Below, in pieces: positions 26,956 to 35,376 of a stretch of 64,000 nt of DNA; positions within the stretch are counted from its first letter, which is position 1, and every line of letters starts with the position of its first letter. The DNA is from Pseudomonas phage sp. 30-2: sequence record LC727697.1, one strand, 5' to 3'. A program made the position numbers and the translations under genes. The notes below the pieces were generated by a model. The model was not told the origin of the DNA. It saw nothing but the letters and a program-made list of their open reading frames with translations, and did not search any database.

Positions 26956-28577
26956 TAATTGTCTAATCCTTGTTCTAATTCGGTTAGTTTTTCGTCGTTT
27001 ATGTCTGCAAATTTATTTTCATCTTCGATTGCAGTAGCATCTACATCAAAAAGACTGTTAAATGAGTTTGAGTTATAATTGCCGAAACTAATGCTGTCTA
27101 GCATAGGTCTATAATCTTCTAATAATTGTCGCTTATTAGGAGTACTCGGATCTAGCAATACTTCTACAAAATGATCAAAATATAAAATCGAACTAGGGAC
27201 GTGATTACTTACTTCTATAGTACCTTTCTTTTTATCTCTAGTCCAATCTCGGTAATCTACTTTAACTCGCAACCGTTCTATATCAACTAATCTATTAGAT
27301 TCTTGGATTGCAGCTATATGATTGTAAACATTGTGATTCATTATTAATAAGTAACTAAGTGAATCCCAACTGGTTTTACCTACTTTACCATTTTTATTTG
27401 CACTCGGTGGCACGTATTCTGCATCTTTTCCTTCTTTGAGAGCAGTTTCTACATCTTCTTTTGTAAAGTTTGCATTTTTAACACCATTTATTATACCATA
27501 ACCATTGTGATATGGACATATGTCTTTTAATGATAATTTTTCCATAATAGGACTCATAAACGGCATAGGAATATCCTTATCACTAAACTCTCTGCTGTCC
27601 GGAGCAGAATCCATATTATATCCCCACCGTTTGGGATTAAAATAATTATAGTTATATGCAAGACCGTATGCCACAGAAACAAACGGAGAAGCTGCGTCAA
27701 AACTTATGTTAATATTGGGATTATAATGTTTTCTTATATTTCGCTGAATAGATGTTAAGAAACAAGCCCAATCAGTCCTGCCTAGTCCGAGAAAGTGTAT
27801 CCAGTTTTTATCTGAAATAATATTATCATCTATTAAATCTAAGAATCGAGAAAGAGCACAATACATATTTCTCATGTTTATACCAGCAAATGCATACCCT
27901 TCGAGTGTATGACTAGCCGGATATCCCATTTCTACTACTTTAGCTGGGTCACTAAATGCTTTTACGTTGTCGTACCAAATTTTAGATGTATCTACATCTG
28001 ATCCCGATAATACACTAAGGAATTTAGTTGCGCCAGGAGTTCTGTTCTTCATGTAATAATGTAAATTATGAAGAGAATAATCTAATGTATCTTCAAATTT
28101 ATTAAGACCGGTTTTTGAACTGTACGGAGGAGTAGCAGCAAACGCAGGAACATCTAGTGTCATTGACCAGTCGGCGGTATGTTCACACCATTTTAAAATT
28201 TCATTTCTTATTTTATCTCCGCTAGCTCCTTTAAAATCATCCCAGTTTAATTTAATTACACCGGTAGCTACCTGGAAACCACCCGAGTCTGCAATAACTG
28301 TTGTTTGTGTTTTGTCCCTGGCTTGGATCATCCATTCTTTTGCATCAGTTCTAGATAAAGACAGTTCTGCATGGCCTGCAGAATATAACCCATACCCGTA
28401 AAAGAATGTATCGCTAGATGGATCTAAAAAATTAAGAGTATTATATCCATTAGGAAAGCTAGGTATTTTTCTTGTAGACGGATCGTTAATAGAACTGTCT
28501 AATTGTTTTGTGTAAAACCCACTAATTGCAGGCAAATAGATCGCATAATCTTTTTGACTGTTTGATAAATTTTTCAT
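26955..28577 (-). CDS. tRNA-guanine transglycosylase-family protein (DpdA-like DNA 7-deazaguanine transglycosylase), 540 aa with C-terminal extension
   Basis: VIADSGGFQV carries the TGT catalytic DSGGFQ motif; the start overlaps the GT stop (ATGA). Confidence 0.7.
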   Translation of the reverse strand: MKNLSNSQKDYAIYLPAISGFYTKQLDSSINDPSTRKIPSFPNGYNTLNFLDPSSDTFFYGYGLYSAGHAELSLSRTDAKEWMIQARDKTQTTVIADSGGFQVATGVIKLNWDDFKGASGDKIRNEILKWCEHTADWSMTLDVPAFAATPPYSSKTGLNKFEDTLDYSLHNLHYYMKNRTPGATKFLSVLSGSDVDTSKIWYDNVKAFSDPAKVVEMGYPASHTLEGYAFAGINMRNMYCALSRFLDLIDDNIISDKNWIHFLGLGRTDWACFLTSIQRNIRKHYNPNINISFDAASPFVSVAYGLAYNYNYFNPKRWGYNMDSAPDSREFSDKDIPMPFMSPIMEKLSLKDICPYHNGYGIINGVKNANFTKEDVETALKEGKDAEYVPPSANKNGKVGKTSWDSLSYLLIMNHNVYNHIAAIQESNRLVDIERLRVKVDYRDWTRDKKKGTIEVSNHVPSSILYFDHFVEVLLDPSTPNKRQLLEDYRPMLDSISFGNYNSNSFNSLFDVDATAIEDENKFADINDEKLTELEQGLDN

Positions 28578-28649
28578 TATATTCCTTAATTATTCTTTAG
28601 TGCATATGTATTTAGGTTAATTCATTTATAAATGAAAAATATAGGGCAA

Positions 28650-28910
28650 TTATTGCCCTATATCATATATTTTTAATGTTCTTTTTGCCCATACACTTAG
28701 TTGTTCACACAACTCTTTTTCGGATTCTTGTTTATAATACAAATTGTCTGTTTTCTTAATACGCTCGAATATAATTTTTTCTTTCTTTGTAAAAAATATA
28801 TATTTTCTGTATACAAGAGTAACTGTAGTTATTGGTCTACCTATAGAATTGTAAGATTCCTGTACAATATAGTATTGCAATTTAACTAATTTACGAGCAG
28901 GTAAGATCAT
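28650..28910 (-). CDS. hypothetical protein
   Basis: 86-aa ORF. Confidence 0.35.
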   Translation of the reverse strand: MILPARKLVKLQYYIVQESYNSIGRPITTVTLVYRKYIFFTKKEKIIFERIKKTDNLYYKQESEKELCEQLSVWAKRTLKIYDIGQ

Positions 28911-28913
28911 TAT

Positions 28914-29660
28914 TTATGCACTTTTTGCAGGAAGAATATATTGAACTTCTATTAACCCAGTATCGAGTTCAATCATTAATGCACCCTGGCTAGAAATAGA
29001 CATAGTACATTTGCCACTATCTGCGTTTTTTAGAATTGCTAACACTTCTGGTAATGGCCAGGACCAGTTATTGCGTAATGTGCTCTTTACATCTTTTGCA
29101 AATGGTACAACGGTGCGGTCGCTAGTAGCACCGGTGCCTATGTGGAATTCTAAAACACCGTCTGTTACTTTAACTAAAAAGTTAGATTCATAAGAACCCA
29201 ATACAGCACTAAAATATTGAAGATCCTTCATCGCTTGTTTAGTAGGTTGAATAACTATATCCCACACAACTCCTCTAAACGGCGGAACTTTTAGCACTTC
29301 GTCTACTGTATCTCGTGCCATAAACCGGTACGACGATTTATGACCCGTCGAAGAAGAAAATACAATTTCTGCAGGAATTTCTTCACCGTTACGTTCTTGT
29401 TTCTTAATAGAAACTTCAGCATCATCTCCCGAATATGGTGGGAAATTTAACATACCGCTCAGTACAGACATTCTACTTAAACCTACAGTATCGTCTAACC
29501 CCGGAATGGATTTTTTTAAAGAACCGTACATAACTACAGTTTTATTGGTTGACATAGCTTCTAATTTAGTTTCATTTACAGAACCAATAATTTTAACAGT
29601 ATCTATAAAACCCAAACCGTGAGTGTTACGAACTACGTCCTTTAAATTGTCTACAATCAT
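28914..29660 (-). CDS. sliding-clamp-like protein (gp45-like)
   Basis: 248 aa, immediately downstream of the DNA polymerase as in T4-like replication modules; weak by-eye resemblance to gp45. Confidence 0.45.
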   Translation of the reverse strand: MIVDNLKDVVRNTHGLGFIDTVKIIGSVNETKLEAMSTNKTVVMYGSLKKSIPGLDDTVGLSRMSVLSGMLNFPPYSGDDAEVSIKKQERNGEEIPAEIVFSSSTGHKSSYRFMARDTVDEVLKVPPFRGVVWDIVIQPTKQAMKDLQYFSAVLGSYESNFLVKVTDGVLEFHIGTGATSDRTVVPFAKDVKSTLRNNWSWPLPEVLAILKNADSGKCTMSISSQGALMIELDTGLIEVQYILPAKSA

Positions 29661-29740
29661 TACTTATTATTCTCCTAAGATGTGTGTGAATTATACATTA
29701 AATATTTTCATAATGCAAGTGTACAAAGTATAGTTTTTGA

Positions 29741-30880
29741 TTACCAACCAAACAGCGAATCGAAGTGTGCAGCAGCTTCTTCTGTTTTACTAAAATCCCA
29801 TTTTAGAATACCTAAAAGGTTCTTAACTTTGTTATCTACTACTTTTTCTCTCATTAAATCTTCATCAAATGGCAAAGACGTAAACCATTCTGGTAAGTGC
29901 AATTCATCTACAGGATATGCTATACTAGTAAAATGATTGTCTGCGGTTTCTTTTAAATAACAAACAACACATTTTTGACCATCTGAGATTTTAGGAGTAT
30001 GTAGGTCTTTATTGATAAGCTTTAGTTTATTCCAATTCATCGCAGCAGACACGTGACCAGGGACAGTGATTCTAGACTCTCTTCCTGCTAACTTTTTATT
30101 CATGTGTTCTTCTAATTTATCTTCATATGTACTGATACCGTTGACGCCTTTTGGCATTCCCTTTTCCCACGGTTTCATTTTATTAAATTCTTTTTTAAAT
30201 TCTCTAATATATTCTATTACTTCATCTTCTGTTTTATGTGTTAGCACCATAACTAGAATTTCCATGAGGAATGTTTGGACAAATTTAGGCGTATCTGACC
30301 GACGTAAGTCTAAACCCATTGCTTTTACTTTTCCTGGGCTGTTTTCGTCGTCGTATCTAGTACCTTCTTTATCATACATCATAGCAGCATAACGTTTCTT
30401 TTTAATAAAAAGACCAGAAGTAGCTACAATTTCCCTACCTGACTTAATAACACCTTCTGAGTTTTTATATGGAACATTAAATGTTTGTTTTAAAAATTCT
30501 GGAAATGTATCACTTACTTGTGACGAAACGTTGTCGTATAATTTAATGACAGTATCTTTATCCCATTCCATTTCGCCAGATTCTACAAGGTCTTTTACTG
30601 CAGGCCATGCAGTAAAATAGCAAGAATTGTGAACTAATATATTATTTCCAAAGAAATACGGATTATCGGGATTTTTCATCCCTATATCGTATACATATTG
30701 TTTCTTTTTTCCTAAATTAGTTACTTTAGATACCTTTCCTAAAGACACATTAAATTTATTAGGATCTCTTTCTTTTATATTTTTGTTTAATTCTTCTAGC
30801 GCTCTTTTTGCACTTTTATATTCTTCGTCTTCTGTTTTTGCAGAAAATACACCTAAAAGGTGTTTTGTTAGATTATGCAT
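29741..30880 (-). CDS. DNA polymerase B C-terminal fragment preceded by intein C-half (IntC)
   Basis: Residues 1-85 end in KKQYVYDIGMKNPDNPYFFGNNILVHN, the intein blocks F/G with a terminal HN. The extein starts SCYFTAWPAV and contains the polymerase KKKRYA motif; its C-terminal region aligns with T4 gp43. Confidence 0.85.
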   Translation of the reverse strand: MHNLTKHLLGVFSAKTEDEEYKSAKRALEELNKNIKERDPNKFNVSLGKVSKVTNLGKKKQYVYDIGMKNPDNPYFFGNNILVHNSCYFTAWPAVKDLVESGEMEWDKDTVIKLYDNVSSQVSDTFPEFLKQTFNVPYKNSEGVIKSGREIVATSGLFIKKKRYAAMMYDKEGTRYDDENSPGKVKAMGLDLRRSDTPKFVQTFLMEILVMVLTHKTEDEVIEYIREFKKEFNKMKPWEKGMPKGVNGISTYEDKLEEHMNKKLAGRESRITVPGHVSAAMNWNKLKLINKDLHTPKISDGQKCVVCYLKETADNHFTSIAYPVDELHLPEWFTSLPFDEDLMREKVVDNKVKNLLGILKWDFSKTEEAAAHFDSLFGW

Positions 30881-32569
30881 TTATAAATCCTTTGTATAAA
30901 CAATATTTCCCGAATCCCAAATCCTGCCATATCCGTTTGCGTAAATATTTTCTACTACGCTAACCGAATTATTATAATTTTTTAATTTAACTTTTGCCTT
31001 GTCTTTAGAGAAAGATAATCTATTATATGTATCTTTGAAGTCAGTATAATAAAATCCAGGAGCTATTATTGAAGTTTTAGCAAATCCGTTTTTTTCATAA
31101 ACGTTTCCTACGGACCAGCGCCTATTTGCATATGATACTATCTTGCCTGTAAAATTACAAGAAACTACCTTTAATAATTTAGAAAACCCACCTATTACAC
31201 TTGTGTTATTTAGGTTACAAAATCTTACTATTTCCCAGTTTGCATTTTTATTAAACCTGGGCTTTGCAATTGTTAATAAAGAAACTAATTGATCCGAATA
31301 ATACAATCCGTATGCATGCCGAAATTGTGCATGACCTTGCAAATGATTCGTTTCGGCGAATTGCTTTGCATCATCGAACTTAACTTCTTTAATTTCTGTT
31401 TTTCTTGCATATATTTTATTAGATAAACCTAGTTTATTTTTTATTACTGAGATCCATATATCTTTTTTAGTATGCCATTCGTTGTCGAAAATGTGTAATA
31501 ATTGGATATTATTTTGTTCACATGTAGTGGTTTTATCAAGGTGGTATGTTTTATATTTTTGATCAGTTTCTATATGTTTAGAAGAATGCCAATAAAGTCC
31601 ATTATATTCTATTGCAAGATTTTTACTAGGAACATATATGTCTAATTCGAACCCGAATCTATTGTATGAATGAATTGTATCTGAGCAATAAGATTTAACT
31701 AAATCGAATATTTCTATTTCTGCCTTAGACCTGTATGTAGTTTCTGCTACTTTATCTAAACCGCATTTCTGACAACCGTGTCCGGCAGTATGATAGTATG
31801 ATATAAGGTTAAAGTCGCCGTGTACCGGGCATGTTATAATAACTTTATCTCTAATGTTAGTGTATATAGTTTTAGTATAGTCATAAAAATTATTATGAAC
31901 GTTATTACTTCTTTCTATGAAAGAATCTGTGTCATATGATAATCTATGACCGATGGCTTCGAACGAGCATTTTTTACAACCGTGACCTGATTGATGGACG
32001 TTTGCTTTTTGTTTAAATATTCCATGTATTGGACATTTAATAGATACATCTTTTGTTAAGAATGTAAAATCAGTAGATACAGAATAATCATAAAAATTAT
32101 TATGTATTTTAGAACACTGCGTTTTCCAGTTATTGAAGTTATCTAGACTTACTTTACGCTCAGCTGAACATTTTTGGCATTTGTGACCTTTTAGTCTAGA
32201 ACTAAGTTTTTGAACAATTATGCCGTGTTTAGTGCATCTGTATGTTATATTGTCAGATGTCGGAATATATCCATCCCACACACAATATATGTATTGGTCA
32301 TCATCTATGCATTTTATAAATTTATCAAATGAATACTTGTGTTTATTATATTTGCATTCTGTGTGATATTCTGCTTGTTTTGCCGAAACAGTTATTCTAT
32401 TACCACATTCTTTACATACAGGCGGCGATATTCCTTCTATATAATACTTGAATGCAACCCATTTATCAAATACGGGCTCATACAAAGAAAGAATACGATT
32501 GTATTCTTTCTTATTATTCTTTTTTAATTCTTTTGCGTATGACTGATAATAATCTTTATTCATATACAA
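30881..32569 (-). CDS. free-standing homing endonuclease (Vsr-like nuclease plus three HNNFYDY...CP.HG.F...GHGC.KC zinc-ribbon modules) between the intein halves
   Basis: AIEYNGLYWHSSKH and triplicated Cys/His modules. It starts 14 nt inside the upstream polymerase ORF and stops immediately before the ATG of the downstream polymerase ORF. Confidence 0.75.
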   Translation of the reverse strand: MYMNKDYYQSYAKELKKNNKKEYNRILSLYEPVFDKWVAFKYYIEGISPPVCKECGNRITVSAKQAEYHTECKYNKHKYSFDKFIKCIDDDQYIYCVWDGYIPTSDNITYRCTKHGIIVQKLSSRLKGHKCQKCSAERKVSLDNFNNWKTQCSKIHNNFYDYSVSTDFTFLTKDVSIKCPIHGIFKQKANVHQSGHGCKKCSFEAIGHRLSYDTDSFIERSNNVHNNFYDYTKTIYTNIRDKVIITCPVHGDFNLISYYHTAGHGCQKCGLDKVAETTYRSKAEIEIFDLVKSYCSDTIHSYNRFGFELDIYVPSKNLAIEYNGLYWHSSKHIETDQKYKTYHLDKTTTCEQNNIQLLHIFDNEWHTKKDIWISVIKNKLGLSNKIYARKTEIKEVKFDDAKQFAETNHLQGHAQFRHAYGLYYSDQLVSLLTIAKPRFNKNANWEIVRFCNLNNTSVIGGFSKLLKVVSCNFTGKIVSYANRRWSVGNVYEKNGFAKTSIIAPGFYYTDFKDTYNRLSFSKDKAKVKLKNYNNSVSVVENIYANGYGRIWDSGNIVYTKDL

Positions 32570-34967
32570 TAGATAATATTATATCACTGTCTGTTAAATC
32601 TGTGGGTTTAACTTCTAACAGTTCTGCATTACGTATAACCATAATAGAATGATCTTCGGTTACTATAACTTTATTTCCGTTGTTGTCTTCTATTTCGAAT
32701 AACTCTTTTTCTACTTCGTGGCGGTACACATAGTTTATATGCCCCATATATGGTTGTTTTGCAGAATTGTCCCACGACATTACCATAACATCTTCATTCG
32801 AAGCAAATTCTTTTTCTGCATGAACTACATGCTTGTCAGACACATTAAACAATTCTTCTATAGTTATTTTACCTAGAGAAGTATTTAGGATAGTTGATCC
32901 ATCTACACTATCTGTATCACCATAAATTACACAATCGCCTTCGTGATCGTAAATGCCAGTGAACATTTCGTTTGTTTTAGAAGCCATATGTCTAGTGATA
33001 CAGCGCCCTGTGAGTGTAGTACTCTGCCCTAGTCTTTTATCGTAGAATCTAGAATGTTCGTTAAGTAGTCCGCCATATAAGCTGTTCAATCCAATTTTAC
33101 GAACTAACTGGGCTTTATCCCAATATTCGTAATATTCGTTTTGCATATGGGAATCTGACATAACAATTGAATTGTCAGACGACACTTCTAGACCATACTT
33201 TTTCATATATATTGCTACTTCTTGCCAATTTTTTGATTCGACAAGATTTTTTAATGTAGCTGCAACATATACATCATTAATATTATAATGGTCTGCTAAT
33301 TCAACTTCGCCTACGCATATTCCATCTAATACCGATTTATCTTCTAAAAATACAGTTTTGTCGCTATGGTGTTCTTTATCTAAAGAATTATAATCTGATG
33401 CAATTTTCTGCATCCCTTTACGTTCTGCATACCATCTTGTAAGTAGTAACGGAATTACACCTGCTCTGTCTTGTGTAAATATAGTTCCGTTAGCACTGAT
33501 ATGCCAATTCTGACCACTGTTGAATACTAATTCGTATATTTCGGCACCTGACAGTTCAAACGAGCGCCCGTCTGCCATATCTAACGTTAATATAGTACCC
33601 CTGTCTTTGTTTAACACATATTCCATTTCTAAAGTGGTAAACCTATCGTTCCACCATGCAGCAAATGTATGTTTTGTTCCGCCTTTTGCACACCATTCTT
33701 CGATTGCAGGGTTAGTAAGTGTTAACCGAATTTGTCCTATAATAGTTTCTGGGCTCATGTTTAGTGCCCTTAACACAGAAGGATACAGAGAATTTAAGTC
33801 ACTGGAGCCAATATCTCTATGCAGTCCTACTTTAGGATATGCTACCCAGCCGCCTGCAGCTTTAAGTGTATCATTATTTTTAAAACGTTGCCTAGATGGC
33901 ACTACCATGCCGTTATTATGTGCTTCGATTATAATTGCTTGTTCGGTTGTAGCTACTGCACCCATAACTGTAGGGATAGGAATGCAATTACTATGTGCAA
34001 TAGTAGAAGCCAGATCTATATATTTTAATTTTCTATCTAACTTATCTAGGAGTCGAGTATCTTGAATGTTATATTCTAAAAACTTTTTAAAATCATATTT
34101 ATAAAGTTTGTCTAATGTTCCGTTGTATGGAACTTTTCGTTCACCTAGTTCAATTTCCGAAATAGAATCTAACGAGTAACTATGACGTTCTTCGTAATTA
34201 TATTTTTTATACAATTGGAGATAATCTAAATGTATTCTACCAGACGTTTCGAATGTAACAAAACTACTGCCGCCTTCTTGTTCAATATTGCGCTTCTTGG
34301 GCATAAGATTCCAAAGGCATAATTTTCTTAGTTCATTCTTACCTAATAATTTTACAATTCTGTTAAAAGTATAGGGAATATCGAAACGTTCTGAGTTCCA
34401 ACCTGATAAAATATCTGCATCTTCTACTAAGTCAATAAACATACTTAGCATTTCTTTTTCATTTTTACATATAATTGTTTCGCCTACTTCCGATGCTATG
34501 CGTTGTGCATCTTCTGGCAATATAGTCTCTGGTGCTAATGCTAAGCAAACCATTTGCTGCATCCATTGCAAATATACAGATATTGATATAATGGGATTAA
34601 AAGGATCAGCCGGGTCAGCATAACCGCGTTTTTGATCAAACGCGGTCTCGATATCGAAGAATGCAACATGTAAATCTGGCATAGGTGCATTCTTATAGTT
34701 TACTTCCAGGCATCTAAATTCTGGCCTGACGTCTATTTCGCACGTTTGCGAAAAATCTAGCATTTTCATTTGAGTCATTTTTTCATTTATGCTAGATGGC
34801 TTAATTGCTTTAGCATTATTACCGAATATATCTTTATACGGTCCGTTTGCATCTAATATGTAATACGTATGATCTATAGGGTATTGTTTGTATATTCGTT
34901 TGCCTGCAGATCGTTCTGCAACTAGAAGTATTTCATTTTTCTTATCTTCGAAAATATCGATGTACAT
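32556..34967 (-). CDS. DNA polymerase B N-terminal fragment (exonuclease + palm through motif C) fused to intein N-half (IntN)
   Basis: Exo motif FFDIET and motif C VIYGDTD, followed by SVDGSTIL (intein block A) ... KVIVTEDHSIMV (block B, TxxH); IntN of about 117 aa is encoded at 32559-32909. The real start is MYIDIFEDKK at 34967 with AGGA 8 nt upstream; the track's longer start reads through a terminator. Confidence 0.85.
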   Translation of the reverse strand: MYIDIFEDKKNEILLVAERSAGKRIYKQYPIDHTYYILDANGPYKDIFGNNAKAIKPSSINEKMTQMKMLDFSQTCEIDVRPEFRCLEVNYKNAPMPDLHVAFFDIETAFDQKRGYADPADPFNPIISISVYLQWMQQMVCLALAPETILPEDAQRIASEVGETIICKNEKEMLSMFIDLVEDADILSGWNSERFDIPYTFNRIVKLLGKNELRKLCLWNLMPKKRNIEQEGGSSFVTFETSGRIHLDYLQLYKKYNYEERHSYSLDSISEIELGERKVPYNGTLDKLYKYDFKKFLEYNIQDTRLLDKLDRKLKYIDLASTIAHSNCIPIPTVMGAVATTEQAIIIEAHNNGMVVPSRQRFKNNDTLKAAGGWVAYPKVGLHRDIGSSDLNSLYPSVLRALNMSPETIIGQIRLTLTNPAIEEWCAKGGTKHTFAAWWNDRFTTLEMEYVLNKDRGTILTLDMADGRSFELSGAEIYELVFNSGQNWHISANGTIFTQDRAGVIPLLLTRWYAERKGMQKIASDYNSLDKEHHSDKTVFLEDKSVLDGICVGEVELADHYNINDVYVAATLKNLVESKNWQEVAIYMKKYGLEVSSDNSIVMSDSHMQNEYYEYWDKAQLVRKIGLNSLYGGLLNEHSRFYDKRLGQSTTLTGRCITRHMASKTNEMFTGIYDHEGDCVIYGDTDSVDGSTILNTSLGKITIEELFNVSDKHVVHAEKEFASNEDVMVMSWDNSAKQPYMGHINYVYRHEVEKELFEIEDNNGNKVIVTEDHSIMVIRNAELLEVKPTDLTDSDIILSIVYE

Positions 34968-34983
34968 AATTGTCCTACAAAAT

Positions 34984-35016
34984 AAAAAGCCGCGCAAAAG
35001 CACGGCTTGTTTTGAA
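34984..35016. terminator. rho-independent terminator
   Basis: AAAAAGCCGcgcaaaagcaCGGCTTGTTTTG. Confidence 0.5.
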
Positions 35017-35020
35017 AATA

Positions 35021-35320
35021 TTAACGACCTTCTTTAATTGCGTCTAGAATCTCTTCTACTTCATTAATCTTATCTAGTTCTTCGTTTAAAGAACGTTTAT
35101 GTGCGATTTTAATAACTTTATTAAGCTGGGAAGGCTTAACATTTACTTCTTCTGCAATTGCTTTAACTGTTTCTGCTAGTCCGGTTTTTAAATCTTCAAT
35201 TTCTTGCATGACTTGCATGCCTTCGGAAACTAACTGTTTAATTCGCCGGACGTCTTCAGCAGAGTAGTGGCGAGAATTTGGATTAATGTCAGTCATTGTT
35301 AACTCCGTTAAACATTGCAT
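35021..35320 (-). CDS. hypothetical protein (GC-richer)
   Basis: 99-aa ORF; may start at an internal Met (MTDINPNS). Confidence 0.5.
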   Translation of the reverse strand: MQCLTELTMTDINPNSRHYSAEDVRRIKQLVSEGMQVMQEIEDLKTGLAETVKAIAEEVNVKPSQLNKVIKIAHKRSLNEELDKINEVEEILDAIKEGR

Positions 35321-35376
35321 ATATTATACTAGTGTAAACGGAGTTAGTCAATGAAATTTTTCCTAATTTAAAGGAC

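Noticed and set aside
32556-32910. Classical contiguous intein with an in-frame LAGLIDADG/HNH endonuclease domain
   Set aside because: IntN is followed by a stop after about 117 aa, the endonuclease starts with its own ATG in another frame, and IntC starts with its own ATG after the endonuclease stop. The endonuclease is Vsr-like rather than LAGLIDADG. A sequencing-error explanation cannot be excluded from sequence alone.
34968-35003. N-terminal extension MLLRGFLFCRTI of the polymerase ORF given by the ORF track
   Set aside because: It reads through a terminator hairpin. MYIDIFEDKK at 34967 has a proper AGGA ribosome-binding site and matches polymerase N-termini.
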